Below, one piece after another: positions 20,237 to 30,032 of a stretch of DNA of 64,000 nt. A program made the position numbers and the translations under genes. The DNA is from an uncultured virus (IMG/VR IMGVR_UViG_3300028844_004780) (Duplodnaviria > Heunggongvirae > Uroviricota > Caudoviricetes). Location: IMG/VR virus record IMGVR_UViG_3300028844_004780; one strand, 5' to 3'. Within the stretch, counting starts at the first letter, position 1. The number at the start of each line of letters is the position of its first letter. Under the pieces are notes generated by a model. That model had not been told where the DNA came from. It searched no databases and saw nothing but the letters and a program-made list of their open reading frames with translations.

Positions 20237-20452
20237 ATGATCCCAGACTTGATTATTTTGGTAGAAACGTTTCTTTTGATGGTGGCAGTTCCTAGTGTTT
20301 TGTATCTCACAATAAAGGAACACAAGAGCAAAAGGATGATCACTAGGCTGCACTTAGATATCAAAGATCTTAAAAATGGAGAGGATACCTCCATCGTAGA
20401 TTATGTTGAACCAGATCTGAGTGATTGGTTGGAGGAAGATGTTAGTATTTAA
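20237..20452 (+). CDS. Small membrane protein (one N-terminal TM helix)
   Basis: AAGGAGG RBS; MIPDLIILVETFLLMVAVPSVLYL. Confidence 0.75.
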   Translation: MIPDLIILVETFLLMVAVPSVLYLTIKEHKSKRMITRLHLDIKDLKNGEDTSIVDYVEPDLSDWLEEDVSI

Positions 20453-22172
20453 ATCATTGAAGTGGAAGAATTTCCTATCCACTGGGAATTCATTCAACGA
20501 GGTCTTTTTAGACAGGTACGACACAACACTCATTTCTGGTGAAAATGGTGCGGGCAAATCCACTATGCTGGATGCCCTCACCTTTGTGTTGTATGGGAAG
20601 AGTTTCAGAGGTATCAATATTAAGAACCTCGTGAACAGTGTTAACGAGAGAGATTCGGTTGTTGAGGTGGAGTTCACTATCAGCAAAAACGAGTACAGAG
20701 TTGTGAGAGGGCAGAAGCCCAAGATTTTTGAGATTCACAAGAATGGTGAACTCATGAACCAAGATGCCAAGGTCAAAGACTACCAGCAGATCTTGGAAGA
20801 TCAGATATTGAAGATGTCCTTTAAGGCTTTTTGTCAGGTCGTGATCCTCGGGTCCTCTAACTACGTTCCATTCATGAGACTGCCCGTTAAGGACAGAAAG
20901 ATCATTGTTGAAAATCTGCTGGATATCAACATTTTTTCTGATATGAGCAATCTCATGAAGGCCAAGGTTTCCGAGAACAAAGACAAGCTGACCATTCTTA
21001 AGGGGACCGTCGACAACCTTTCGACGAAGATAGATGCAAACAAGCAGATGATCATCAAGCTTGAAAGGAAGTCTAAGGAGTCCAAAGATAGGTACCTGAA
21101 GGAGATCAGCAGAACAAAAGATATCATTGAACCGATGAAGGCAGAAATCGAGGAGTGCAACAGAGAGATTGAAGAGATTTTGACTGTCATGCCCAAGACT
21201 GAACCTCAGGATCAGTTGGTAGAGGCGAAAAGTATTAGAGGTAGGCTGGGGTCTAAACTGAAAGAGCATAGAAATGCGGTTTCTTTTTATGATGAAAATG
21301 ACCACTGTCCGACATGCAGTCAAAAAATTGATGAAGACCACAAGCTCGAGATGACTTCTGACAAGCGAGATAAGGTGTCGGAGTTGGAGAAAGCAGTGTC
21401 CGACATCGAGTCCAAGATCGGAGATCTGAAAGAGATCACTTCCGCAGTTACCGCTAGCCTGAGAAGGATCTCTGATCTCAGAAAAATAACGACTAGAAAC
21501 TCCGCCGTCATTCAAAGCAACAACGAGCATATCAGAATCGCACTTAGTAACTTGGATGAAGTGGAGTCTGGTGCCGAAGATTTAGAAAAGGAAAAAGATG
21601 CTCTGGTGCTCTTGACGGAGAGGTATGAGGAACATGACGGAGTTAGGAGGTCTTTAATCGAGGAGAGGACCGATCTCGAAGATGCCCACTCTCTCCTGAA
21701 AGATACTGGTATCAAATCCAATATTATTAAGTATTACCTGCCCCTGATGAACAAGGTTATCAATCAATATCTAACCTCCATGAACTTCTTTTGTCAGTTC
21801 ACTTTAGACGAGAACTTTGATGAGACGATCAAGAGCAGACATAGAGACGAGTTCACTTACTTCAACTTCAGCGAAGGTGAAAGGCTTAGGATTGACCTTT
21901 CTCTTCTTCTAGCATGGAGAGAAGTGGCAAGGATGAAGAACAGTGTCAACTGCAATCTTCTCATTCTCGACGAGATTTTTGACTCTAGTTTGGACTCGGT
22001 GGGGACCGAAGAATTCATGGGAATTCTGGACGATATTGGCAACAAGGCCAATATTTTTGTAATCACACACAAGGCAGACCAGATGATGGACAAGTTTCAG
22101 AACAACATCCATTTCAAGAAGAAAGGCATTTTCAGCGAGATGGAATTCAAAATGCACAAGGCAGACGCTTGA
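20439..22172 (+). CDS. gp46: Recombination ATPase gp46 (Rad50-like)
   Basis: WKNFLSTGN, GENGAGKST, CPTC zinc hook, FSEGE, LILDEIFDSSLD. Confidence 0.98.
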   Translation: MLVFKSLKWKNFLSTGNSFNEVFLDRYDTTLISGENGAGKSTMLDALTFVLYGKSFRGINIKNLVNSVNERDSVVEVEFTISKNEYRVVRGQKPKIFEIHKNGELMNQDAKVKDYQQILEDQILKMSFKAFCQVVILGSSNYVPFMRLPVKDRKIIVENLLDINIFSDMSNLMKAKVSENKDKLTILKGTVDNLSTKIDANKQMIIKLERKSKESKDRYLKEISRTKDIIEPMKAEIEECNREIEEILTVMPKTEPQDQLVEAKSIRGRLGSKLKEHRNAVSFYDENDHCPTCSQKIDEDHKLEMTSDKRDKVSELEKAVSDIESKIGDLKEITSAVTASLRRISDLRKITTRNSAVIQSNNEHIRIALSNLDEVESGAEDLEKEKDALVLLTERYEEHDGVRRSLIEERTDLEDAHSLLKDTGIKSNIIKYYLPLMNKVINQYLTSMNFFCQFTLDENFDETIKSRHRDEFTYFNFSEGERLRIDLSLLLAWREVARMKNSVNCNLLILDEIFDSSLDSVGTEEFMGILDDIGNKANIFVITHKADQMMDKFQNNIHFKKKGIFSEMEFKMHKADA

Positions 22173-23749
22173 GAGATTTTTACGAAAAAAATCATCATAT
22201 TGTAGAATCACCAGTCAATATCACATTCGAAGAAGTTGTTTCTAAGGATGCCGACGAGTTCGAGTCTTGGGTGATGAACGTTAGAGAGGAAGTTCTCAGG
22301 ATTTGGGATTCTTATGGTCTTCCCCCTAGATCGGGTGGGAAGACGGAGGAACAAATTGTAGAGAATTTCAACAGGTTAGGGGGTTACAACACCTCTTCTA
22401 TGTGGAGGGATGACGAAGAAGCTGGTACCACTGGCGATGTGATCTTAAACACAGCCTATCTCGGTGTCGAGGCGGACCAGTTCTTCGAGAACATGTACAA
22501 GACCAGGATCGTGCGAAGCACCAATGATAAAATTGGTCAGAGCATTTACGATCTTTTCAACGAAGACAAGTACCTCAAGTCTATGCTACACCGTGCAAAA
22601 AGGCATTTTAAAAGGGATTCTTTCTATCTCTTCGCAATGAGTTTAAAGAAGAATGATGCCAAGGACTCTCTGATCAATGTAGATTCAGGCAGGGAGTGGG
22701 TCCAGCACTATCTGGATAACCCCCACTTCTTCGAGGGATATGATTTTTTCTTGGAGGAGGTAGACCCACCAAAAGGGAAAAATGCGGGGTATTTTCAGTT
22801 AGATGAACTGGACTTACTACACATGAGTTGCGACGAAGTAGAAGAGGTTAAAGGTAGGCTACAGTATAGAAACCACAGTAACATCGATCTAGACGACTTG
22901 AAGCAAGAAAAATTGTACAGAGTCAGGATGTATGAAAAGGGGAAAAAAGTGTTCCCTCGGTGGTTTATTCCATTCAGGATCGGATACACTCAACCAGCAG
23001 TTAATTTTCCTCCTTTGACTGCCAAAGCAATCTATGAAAGGTTTACAAATGAAGGCAAGAGCAACTTATTATGGGATCCTTCTTCTGGTTGGGGTGGTCG
23101 TATTCTGGGGGCTATGGCAGTTAGTGACGACCGCACCATTCACTACGTGGGAACAGATCCTAATCCTGACAACTTTTATGATGATGGGCGTAACAAATAT
23201 GCTATCTTGGCAGATTTCTTTAATGACAGGACGTACAGAGGAAACGCCTTCTTCTCAGAGCAGAATTCATACGAAATGCACATGCTCGGATCAGAAGAAG
23301 TAGCAAATCATGAAGATTTTCAACGATACAGAGGGAAAATTGACCTTGTGTTTACTTCACCTCCTTACTTCAATAGAGAAATTTACAGTCAAGATGACAA
23401 CCAAAGCTGCCATAAGTATGGAGACTCTTATGAATCCTGGAAGGAAGGATTCCTCAGACCAACCCTCCAAACTGCCTCGGATTCTCTGCGGCCTGGAGGA
23501 CACCTGCTTTGGAACGTGGCGGATCTGAAGCTGGAGAACGGGGAATTTATCCCTCTAGAGCAGGACTCGGTGGAGATTATTAAAGCCATGGGTCTTGAAC
23601 AGCTACCCACGATTAAAATGGCCATGACTGGGATGCCTGGAACCCACAGGCTGACGGAGGACGGAAAGCCTCATGTCAAGAACTTCTGTAAGGTCAAAGG
23701 CCGCTACTACAAGTACGAACCAGTATTTGTGTTCAAAAAGCCTCTCTGA
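22169..23749 (+). CDS. Amino-DNA methyltransferase (N4-C or N6-A)
   Basis: SAM-binding WDPSSGWGGR and catalytic FTSPPYF motifs; TTG start overlapping the gp46 stop. Confidence 0.85.
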   Translation: MRDFYEKNHHIVESPVNITFEEVVSKDADEFESWVMNVREEVLRIWDSYGLPPRSGGKTEEQIVENFNRLGGYNTSSMWRDDEEAGTTGDVILNTAYLGVEADQFFENMYKTRIVRSTNDKIGQSIYDLFNEDKYLKSMLHRAKRHFKRDSFYLFAMSLKKNDAKDSLINVDSGREWVQHYLDNPHFFEGYDFFLEEVDPPKGKNAGYFQLDELDLLHMSCDEVEEVKGRLQYRNHSNIDLDDLKQEKLYRVRMYEKGKKVFPRWFIPFRIGYTQPAVNFPPLTAKAIYERFTNEGKSNLLWDPSSGWGGRILGAMAVSDDRTIHYVGTDPNPDNFYDDGRNKYAILADFFNDRTYRGNAFFSEQNSYEMHMLGSEEVANHEDFQRYRGKIDLVFTSPPYFNREIYSQDDNQSCHKYGDSYESWKEGFLRPTLQTASDSLRPGGHLLWNVADLKLENGEFIPLEQDSVEIIKAMGLEQLPTIKMAMTGMPGTHRLTEDGKPHVKNFCKVKGRYYKYEPVFVFKKPL

Positions 23750-23755
23750 TATAAT
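23740..23755 (+). promoter_or_regulatory. Extended -10 promoter GCCT-CTC-TGA-TATAAT, leaderless geometry
   Basis: ATG lies 6 nt after the -10 hexamer; no SD. Confidence 0.7.
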
Positions 23756-23761
23756 ATAAAC

Positions 23762-24847
23762 ATGGCAAAGAAAAATCCGTTTGCGGAACCCGTATGGGAT
23801 TGGGACGAGAACATTGAGCCTTCTGAAATGGAATGGCGGTGGGTTCGTGCTCTACACTGGTATCGATGTAATGCTGACCCCAAGAAGAAGAAGGCTTGGG
23901 TCTTGCAATTTATTAAGGAAAAGAAAGATGGTGAAAAGGTTGCTGATTACCGTAATGCCAAAAAGTCTCTTTATGAAGACGCTGGTGGCCTTTGTCGTAT
24001 TGCTCTGAATGGATGCAAGAACGACAGACTCAATGAGAAGATTGACAAGGCTCTCGCCGAAATCAAGTCGGACTGCACCAAGCAGAATAAAGCACCAGCT
24101 GTCACCAAGACCATTATTCCTATCAAGATCAGGATCGCTGATCAGATCAGCGAGTACATGGATACAGTGAACGTTGAGATCGATAAGGTGATTAACTACC
24201 CCAACATGCCTGCCAAGACCTGGTGGAACATCCGAAGATGGATGGAGAAGGAAAAGGTCAAGTCCATGCAGGCTACGGAGATCATGAAAGAGATCCGTGG
24301 TATGTTGAACGAAGCACGTGCTGCTTATCAAAAGGAAGATAAGCAGCTGGTGGAAGCATACAGTTATATGAGACCCACCTACCTTCACAAGTACGTGAAG
24401 TTCTTGGAATCTCTGGTTGAAGGTGCAGATAAGCACATCGGAGCGGTTAAGCCCAAGACCAAGACCACCAGACAGGTAGATCCAGAGAAGATCGTCAAGA
24501 AGCTCCCCTATCTTAAGACTGGGAAGACGGTTAAGGTGAAGTCTGAACATCCTAAGAAGATCATTGGTGCGGATGCTCTTTTTGTATACAACGAGGTTAG
24601 CAGACTCATCTACGTTTATCAATCACGTGTGGGTAATGGTGGTCTGACTGTTAAGGGTGCATCAATTGACCACTTTGATCCAGATAGGTCGTTCATGAAG
24701 AAGGTCAAGAGTGTTGACCAGACCATAAATATGACTAAGCGTCTAACAAAGAAGCATGTGCTCGAAGAGATCGAAAAAATCAAGACCGTGAAAAAGCCCG
24801 TGAGACCAAGACTTAATGCCAACTGTGTGATTGTGAGAGTGATCTGA
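23762..24847 (+). CDS. Lys-rich hypothetical protein (T4-like marine phage type)
   Basis: 361 aa ORF; QLVEAYSY, PKKIIGADALFVYN motifs. Confidence 0.8.
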   Translation: MAKKNPFAEPVWDWDENIEPSEMEWRWVRALHWYRCNADPKKKKAWVLQFIKEKKDGEKVADYRNAKKSLYEDAGGLCRIALNGCKNDRLNEKIDKALAEIKSDCTKQNKAPAVTKTIIPIKIRIADQISEYMDTVNVEIDKVINYPNMPAKTWWNIRRWMEKEKVKSMQATEIMKEIRGMLNEARAAYQKEDKQLVEAYSYMRPTYLHKYVKFLESLVEGADKHIGAVKPKTKTTRQVDPEKIVKKLPYLKTGKTVKVKSEHPKKIIGADALFVYNEVSRLIYVYQSRVGNGGLTVKGASIDHFDPDRSFMKKVKSVDQTINMTKRLTKKHVLEEIEKIKTVKKPVRPRLNANCVIVRVI

Positions 24848-25728
24848 TGATTCTCATCGATGCAAATCAACTCATGATCGCAAACATGTTTTCCATCTAC
24901 GGAAAGCGGCTTGAAGAGATTCAGAAGCACCATGTTCGTTATGCCTACACCAGAGGCATGGCATACTACTACAAGAAGTTCCACTCTGAGTACGGTGAGA
25001 TCGCCCTATGTTATGATCACCGTTCTTCTTGGAGACGAGACTACTATCCCTATTACAAGGCGAATAGACGTCGAGATCAGAAGAAGAGCAGCATGGACTG
25101 GGGTAATATGTATGACCTCTTCATGGAGATCTACGAAGAGATCTGTGATGAGGTGAACGTCCGATCTTATCTTGCCCATGGTTGCGAGGCTGACGACGTT
25201 ATTGCCTATCTTTGCAATGAAGCAGAAGAGAAGACTGTGATCGTTTCCTCTGATAAGGACTTCAAACAGCTGAACCATCTGCAACTGGTTGATCAGTACA
25301 GTCCAGCACACAAAGAGTTCCTGATTTGTGAAGACACGGATGCGTTCCTAAAAGAACACATCATCCGTGGCGATTCCTCTGACGGAATTCCTAACGTATA
25401 TTCTGATGACGACGCGATCGTCAATGAGGCCAAGAAGCAGACGATCATGAACAAGAAGAGGTACAATGCGGCCTCTGACATGATTGAAACAGGCGACATG
25501 ACCTCAATCGAAAACTATTATCACCGCAACAAGGCTCTCATTGATCTGAATGAGATCCCGTCCCGACCCAAAGGTTTTATTAAGTCCCAGCATGAGATTT
25601 ATAACTCTCTCAACAAGGACCAAAGCGAACTTTTCGAACGGGAATTTATCGACTATTTGAAAAAGCACTCTCTTTACAAGGTAATTGAAGAAATGATGAC
25701 ACCCCCAACTTTGAGCTTCGAAATCTGA
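24847..25728 (+). CDS. rnh: RNase H (T4 rnh, 5'-3' exonuclease/flap family)
   Basis: MILIDANQ, SWRRDYYPYYKANR, EADDVIA, SSDKDFKQL, GDSSDGIPN. Confidence 0.95.
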   Translation: MILIDANQLMIANMFSIYGKRLEEIQKHHVRYAYTRGMAYYYKKFHSEYGEIALCYDHRSSWRRDYYPYYKANRRRDQKKSSMDWGNMYDLFMEIYEEICDEVNVRSYLAHGCEADDVIAYLCNEAEEKTVIVSSDKDFKQLNHLQLVDQYSPAHKEFLICEDTDAFLKEHIIRGDSSDGIPNVYSDDDAIVNEAKKQTIMNKKRYNAASDMIETGDMTSIENYYHRNKALIDLNEIPSRPKGFIKSQHEIYNSLNKDQSELFEREFIDYLKKHSLYKVIEEMMTPPTLSFEI

Positions 25729-25922
25729 TGGCTAACAACAACAACAGCAAGAAGAACAAAAAGATCCCCCCAAATTATGAGGCCGAGGCCTATGATCCCA
25801 GCATGGTTAAAGGATCCAGGAAGAACAAGCGAAGAAGCAAGCGTCATAACGACAAGACGATTCTCAAGCAATTCCCAGATCATGCTGATGAATACTTCAG
25901 CCGACACGAAGACATGGGTTGA
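25728..25922 (+). CDS. Small basic hypothetical protein
   Basis: TGATG coupling to rnh. Confidence 0.6.
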   Translation: MANNNNSKKNKKIPPNYEAEAYDPSMVKGSRKNKRRSKRHNDKTILKQFPDHADEYFSRHEDMG

Positions 25923-25947
25923 CGTTGGTCAGCCTTTTTGATATAAT
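25919..25947 (+). promoter_or_regulatory. Sigma70-like promoter TTGACG-17-TATAAT with GCCT spacer motif
   Basis: Upstream of gp45. Confidence 0.85.
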
Positions 25948-25967
25948 GGTACAGAATGGAGTCCTAT

Positions 25968-26678
25968 ATGACCGTGATGGAAACGTGCACTATGAAGATT
26001 AGTAAAGAAACCTTAGACGTCCTAAAGAATTTTGCCAGTATTAATTCTAATATTTTGGTGACCCCTGGTAGCAAGATCAAGACGATTTCTAACTACAAGA
26101 ACGTTCTTGCTCAGACCACTGTAGAGGAGGATTTTCCGACTGAGTTCGGCATTTGGGATCTTAACAAGTTCCTGGGTGTTGTTTCTCTCTTCGAAGATCC
26201 TGAATTCGAGTTCCAAGAGAAGTATGTCTCCATTTCTGGAAGTAACAGTTCCAAGGTGAAGTACTTTTACTCTGAACCAAAGCTCCTTACCACCGTCACC
26301 AAGGAATTGAAGATGCCACCAAGCGTCGTCAATTGTGAAATTGTGGAGAGCGATTTCAAGGAGATCCAGAAAGCAGCATCAGTTCTTCAGCTTCCTGATA
26401 TCAAGATCGAGACTTCCAAGGACGACGTAGGCCAGATCATCCTGACCGTGACCGATCGAAAGGATCCGTCGTCCAACGAGTATTCTTTCGATGTTGGAAG
26501 GCAAGAGACAGAAGAAGCGGAATTCGGATTCTACTTCAAGGTAGAAAATCTGAAGATGATGTCTGGAGACTACGACGTAGAAATCTGTGAAAACAGTGTC
26601 GCTAAGTTTACCAACAAGAGCAGTGATCTCACCTACTGGGTGGCAATGGAACCCGATTCTCACTACAAGACCCTATGA
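25968..26678 (+). CDS. gp45: Sliding clamp gp45
   Basis: MKISKETLDVLKNFASINSNI, FGIWDLNKFL, FKVENLKM, YWVAME; exact start uncertain. Confidence 0.96.
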   Translation: MTVMETCTMKISKETLDVLKNFASINSNILVTPGSKIKTISNYKNVLAQTTVEEDFPTEFGIWDLNKFLGVVSLFEDPEFEFQEKYVSISGSNSSKVKYFYSEPKLLTTVTKELKMPPSVVNCEIVESDFKEIQKAASVLQLPDIKIETSKDDVGQIILTVTDRKDPSSNEYSFDVGRQETEEAEFGFYFKVENLKMMSGDYDVEICENSVAKFTNKSSDLTYWVAMEPDSHYKTL

Positions 26679-27181
26679 ACATCTTTTTTGTACATCCCGA
26701 TGCTCGTGAAGCAGCAAGGCAGCTCTGTGACAAGCACATCTGCAAAATGATTCTGGAGTCTGTGCAAATGCTGAGCACTGCACATCCAGAAGGACTAGCA
26801 CCTTACGGTTGCATTAAGTCTCATCTGAATCACCCATGCACTAAGTGGGCAAGACAGACCTTGGGCAACTACACTTGGTTGTCTGAACATCTGGACGAGA
26901 TGTGCCTTGAATACACCAGGAGGTATGAAAAGGTGCATAAGATGCAAGGAGCATCGGATTGGTTGAGGGATACCGAACCTCTGAATCTGGTAGACCATGG
27001 TACTCAGACCACCAACCCTCCCCAGTGCATGCCTGAAGAGTGTAAAGTGCATGACGGTACTAAGTGGTCATCGACGGTGAAAGCATATAGGAAGTATTAT
27101 ACAGTCGAAAAGGCTTATTTCGCTAAGTGGAAGTGGTCCTCTACCCCAGAATGGTTTGTAAAAGGAACTAAGAATGCCTGA
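26675..27181 (+). CDS. Pyrimidine-dimer DNA glycosylase / endonuclease V-like
   Basis: MNIFF...CDKHICKMILESVQMLSTAH...HLNHPCTKWAR...PQCMP...AYRKYY. Confidence 0.8.
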   Translation: MNIFFVHPDAREAARQLCDKHICKMILESVQMLSTAHPEGLAPYGCIKSHLNHPCTKWARQTLGNYTWLSEHLDEMCLEYTRRYEKVHKMQGASDWLRDTEPLNLVDHGTQTTNPPQCMPEECKVHDGTKWSSTVKAYRKYYTVEKAYFAKWKWSSTPEWFVKGTKNA

Positions 27182-27545
27182 TGGGATTTATGTGGCAGGT
27201 CCAATGAGGGGATACCCGAACTGGAACTACCAAGCATTTGCAGATGCTGAATCTGATCTGAAGAAGCAAGGTTGGTCTAATGTGATCAATCCCGCCACTT
27301 TGGATGATAACTATGAAGATACGAAGGGGCTCGGTGCTCCAGAGGATTTCGATCCTTATAAGGATGAGTCCCACCAAGATGCCAACCGTAGGATCATGAA
27401 GCGAGACGTCGATGTCATTTGCGACGACTGTACCGCGATTTACATGCTCCGAGGTTGGGAGTCGTCTAAGGGAGCATGTGCCGAGTTTTATCTCGCTGCA
27501 TCGATTGGTTTGGAAATTCACTATCAAGGAGCACAGGTTGACTGA
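27174..27545 (+). CDS. DUF4406 / nucleoside 2-deoxyribosyltransferase-like protein
   Basis: IYVAGPMRG..NWNYQAF, VINPA, IYMLRGWESSKGACAE. Confidence 0.8.
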   Translation: MPDGIYVAGPMRGYPNWNYQAFADAESDLKKQGWSNVINPATLDDNYEDTKGLGAPEDFDPYKDESHQDANRRIMKRDVDVICDDCTAIYMLRGWESSKGACAEFYLAASIGLEIHYQGAQVD

Positions 27546-27549
27546 GACA

Positions 27550-28488
27550 ATGACACGTACCGCACTTTGGGTTGAGACATATCGTCCCGCGACGATTAAC
27601 GAATGCATCCTTCCACAAGATTTGAAGGATACGTTTAATGAGATGGTGGTACAAGGCGTGCCACAGAACTTGCTTCTTTCTGGTGGAGCAGGGTGTGGTA
27701 AGACCACAGTTGCCAAGGCTCTTTGCAATGAGGTCGGTGCCGACTGGATTATGGTGAACTGCTCCGAAGATGGGAACATTGATACTCTTCGGACCAGAAT
27801 CAGGAACTTCGCCAGCACTGTCTCTTTTGCTGGTGGAAACAAGGTGGTCATTCTCGACGAGTTTGATTATGCTAACTCTCAGAGCATGCAACCCGCTCTT
27901 CGTGGTTTCATCGAAGAATTCGCTTCCAATTGCAGATTCATCATCACTTGCAATTTCAAGAATCGGATCATCCAGCCTATCCACTCTCGATGCACATGCA
28001 TTAATTTCGGTTTTTCTAAGGAAGATACAATCAGGATGGGTGGGATGTTCCTTCAGAGAACTTCCGATATTCTGAAGGAAGAGAATATTGAGTTCGACAA
28101 GGAGGTCCTTGCTAGAATCATTATGCGGCACTCTCCCGACTTCCGAAGAGTATTGAACGAACTGCAGAGATATTCTGTCTCTGGTTTCATCGATGTCGGC
28201 ATTCTGTCGGACATTGGTGATGTCGTGGTCGATGGTCTGATGAAGAACATGAAAAATAAGAACTTCAGCGAGGTCAGATCTTGGGTCGTTCACAATCTGG
28301 ATAATGACCCTACTCAAATCTTCCGCAAGATCTATGAATCTCTGAGCGATCATCTGGAACCCAAGAGTGTTCCTGCAGCGATCTTGATTATTGCGGAGTA
28401 CCAGTACAAGTCTGCTTTTGTGGTGGATCATGAAATCAACATGACTGCCTGTCTTACCGAGATGATGATGGAGTGCGAATTCGAATGA
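27550..28488 (+). CDS. gp44: Clamp loader large subunit gp44
   Basis: LWVETYRP, GGAGCGKTT, ILDEFD, SRC. Confidence 0.97.
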   Translation: MTRTALWVETYRPATINECILPQDLKDTFNEMVVQGVPQNLLLSGGAGCGKTTVAKALCNEVGADWIMVNCSEDGNIDTLRTRIRNFASTVSFAGGNKVVILDEFDYANSQSMQPALRGFIEEFASNCRFIITCNFKNRIIQPIHSRCTCINFGFSKEDTIRMGGMFLQRTSDILKEENIEFDKEVLARIIMRHSPDFRRVLNELQRYSVSGFIDVGILSDIGDVVVDGLMKNMKNKNFSEVRSWVVHNLDNDPTQIFRKIYESLSDHLEPKSVPAAILIIAEYQYKSAFVVDHEINMTACLTEMMMECEFE

Positions 28489-28871
28489 AGCTAGCGATCT
28501 ACCTTAAGTCGATCAATAAGGACAAGAAGAGGATGGAAGAGATCGATGAAGATTTCGAGACTGTCAAGAAGAAGTACCCCCCTTTCGTAGTGAATAGATG
28601 TCTGTCATTTTTCCCAGATACCATCATGCAGGCTAACAATATGAATTCTAACCATCATCTAGATAACGAGGTTCAATACGAATACCTTAGGACCTCCATC
28701 CGTCCTAGGAATCGGTTCTCTCCTTGGGAAAAGAAGGGTAAGCACTCTGACCTGGATCTGGTTAAGGAGTACTATGGATATAGCAACACAAAGGCATATC
28801 AAGTACTCGATCTTCTCTCGGAGTGCGATCTCGATGCCATGAGAGAAGAATTGAGCACTGGAGGCTGCTGA
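28485..28871 (+). CDS. gp62: Clamp loader small subunit gp62
   Basis: YPPFVVNRCLS, RFSPW, VKEYYGYSNTKA. Confidence 0.95.
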   Translation: MKLAIYLKSINKDKKRMEEIDEDFETVKKKYPPFVVNRCLSFFPDTIMQANNMNSNHHLDNEVQYEYLRTSIRPRNRFSPWEKKGKHSDLDLVKEYYGYSNTKAYQVLDLLSECDLDAMREELSTGGC

Positions 28872-28925
28872 CAAAGATATCTCCGTGATACATAAGAAGG
28901 ACCTTTTGTACATGGAGATATTGTC

Positions 28926-29348
28926 ATGGGAAATAAGAAGTTAGTAGCGGGTGACCTAGTTGAAATCTCTTTAGCACTCGATGAAGATTTTCTGAAAGTA
29001 AAGGAGACCCTGACCAGAATCGGGGTCTCCTCTAAGAAAGAAAATAAGTTATATCAGTCTTGCCATATTTTGCATAAAAGAGGCAAGTATTATATCGTTC
29101 ACTTCAAAGAATTATTCGGACTGGATGGGTTGCCTTTTGACCTGTCCGAGTCCGATATCGCTAGACGGAATACCATCATCAATCTCCTGGAAGAGTGGGA
29201 GCTTCTAGAGATAGTAGACTCAGACAAATGCATTGATCCGATTGCATCTATCGGTCAAATCAAGATTGTTCCCTTCAAGGAAAAGAAGGATTGGGAACTG
29301 GTGCCTAAATATCATATTGGCAACTCCAAAAGAAGGAATAGTGAGTAA
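28926..29348 (+). CDS. regA: Translational repressor RegA
   Basis: DFLKVKETLTRIG, LYQSCHILHKRGKYYIVHFKELF. Confidence 0.98.
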   Translation: MGNKKLVAGDLVEISLALDEDFLKVKETLTRIGVSSKKENKLYQSCHILHKRGKYYIVHFKELFGLDGLPFDLSESDIARRNTIINLLEEWELLEIVDSDKCIDPIASIGQIKIVPFKEKKDWELVPKYHIGNSKRRNSE

Positions 29349-29351
29349 AAA

Positions 29352-30032
29352 ATGAAGCTAAATCTTTGTAATGATGTGGAATGCGTTTATATTAATCTCG
29401 ACTCCGACACCCAAAAGAAAGAACAGATGGAAGAACTCCTAGATCGGTTGGGAATCACCAACCGAGAGAGGTTTTCTGCTGTTTCTGGTATCGAACCTCA
29501 TGAAGGCGTTCGTGCTGGAGAAGAGCACTATCGAAATTGTGCAGAAAGTCATTTTTCCATTTTGGGGAGGGATAAACTCCCAGTCATGATCCTGGAAGAT
29601 GATGTAGAATCGGATAGATTTGCGGCAGAGATTGAGATCCCTGATGATGCAGATGCACTGTACGTTGGTACTTCCTATGGCGATAATAATTATACCACCG
29701 AAGAGGTAGAGGGGTTCCCCCATTTATGGAAGATCGAAAAGGTCTTCGCTACTCATGCCATCGTGTATATTACCAAAAGGTACTCTGACTCGGTTGTGTT
29801 TCATGGAAAGCAGTCTATCTACGATAGAAATACTCCTTTCGATGTTGCGGCAGCATACGGAGTTCAGCCCGCTGCTAGAGTTTATGCACTCAAGGAGCCT
29901 TTCTTTTATCAAGCAGATTCCAAGAATACCAAGAACAAATGGGAGCATTTGACCAGGAATCCGCTCAAGTATCAGGGTAAAAAGTCGCCCATTAAAACAA
30001 TCGACACCAAATCTTGGGTGGCAGGGCGGTGA
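29352..30032 (+). CDS. Glycosyltransferase family 25
   Basis: YINLD...RERFSAV...CAESH...MILEDD...THAIVY. Confidence 0.8.
   Translation: MKLNLCNDVECVYINLDSDTQKKEQMEELLDRLGITNRERFSAVSGIEPHEGVRAGEEHYRNCAESHFSILGRDKLPVMILEDDVESDRFAAEIEIPDDADALYVGTSYGDNNYTTEEVEGFPHLWKIEKVFATHAIVYITKRYSDSVVFHGKQSIYDRNTPFDVAAAYGVQPAARVYALKEPFFYQADSKNTKNKWEHLTRNPLKYQGKKSPIKTIDTKSWVAGR

Noticed and set aside
20508..21530. 340-aa minus-strand ORF
   Set aside because: Antisense shadow of gp46; no motifs, explained by sense-strand codon bias
27466..28431. 321-aa minus-strand ORF
   Set aside because: Antisense shadow of gp44
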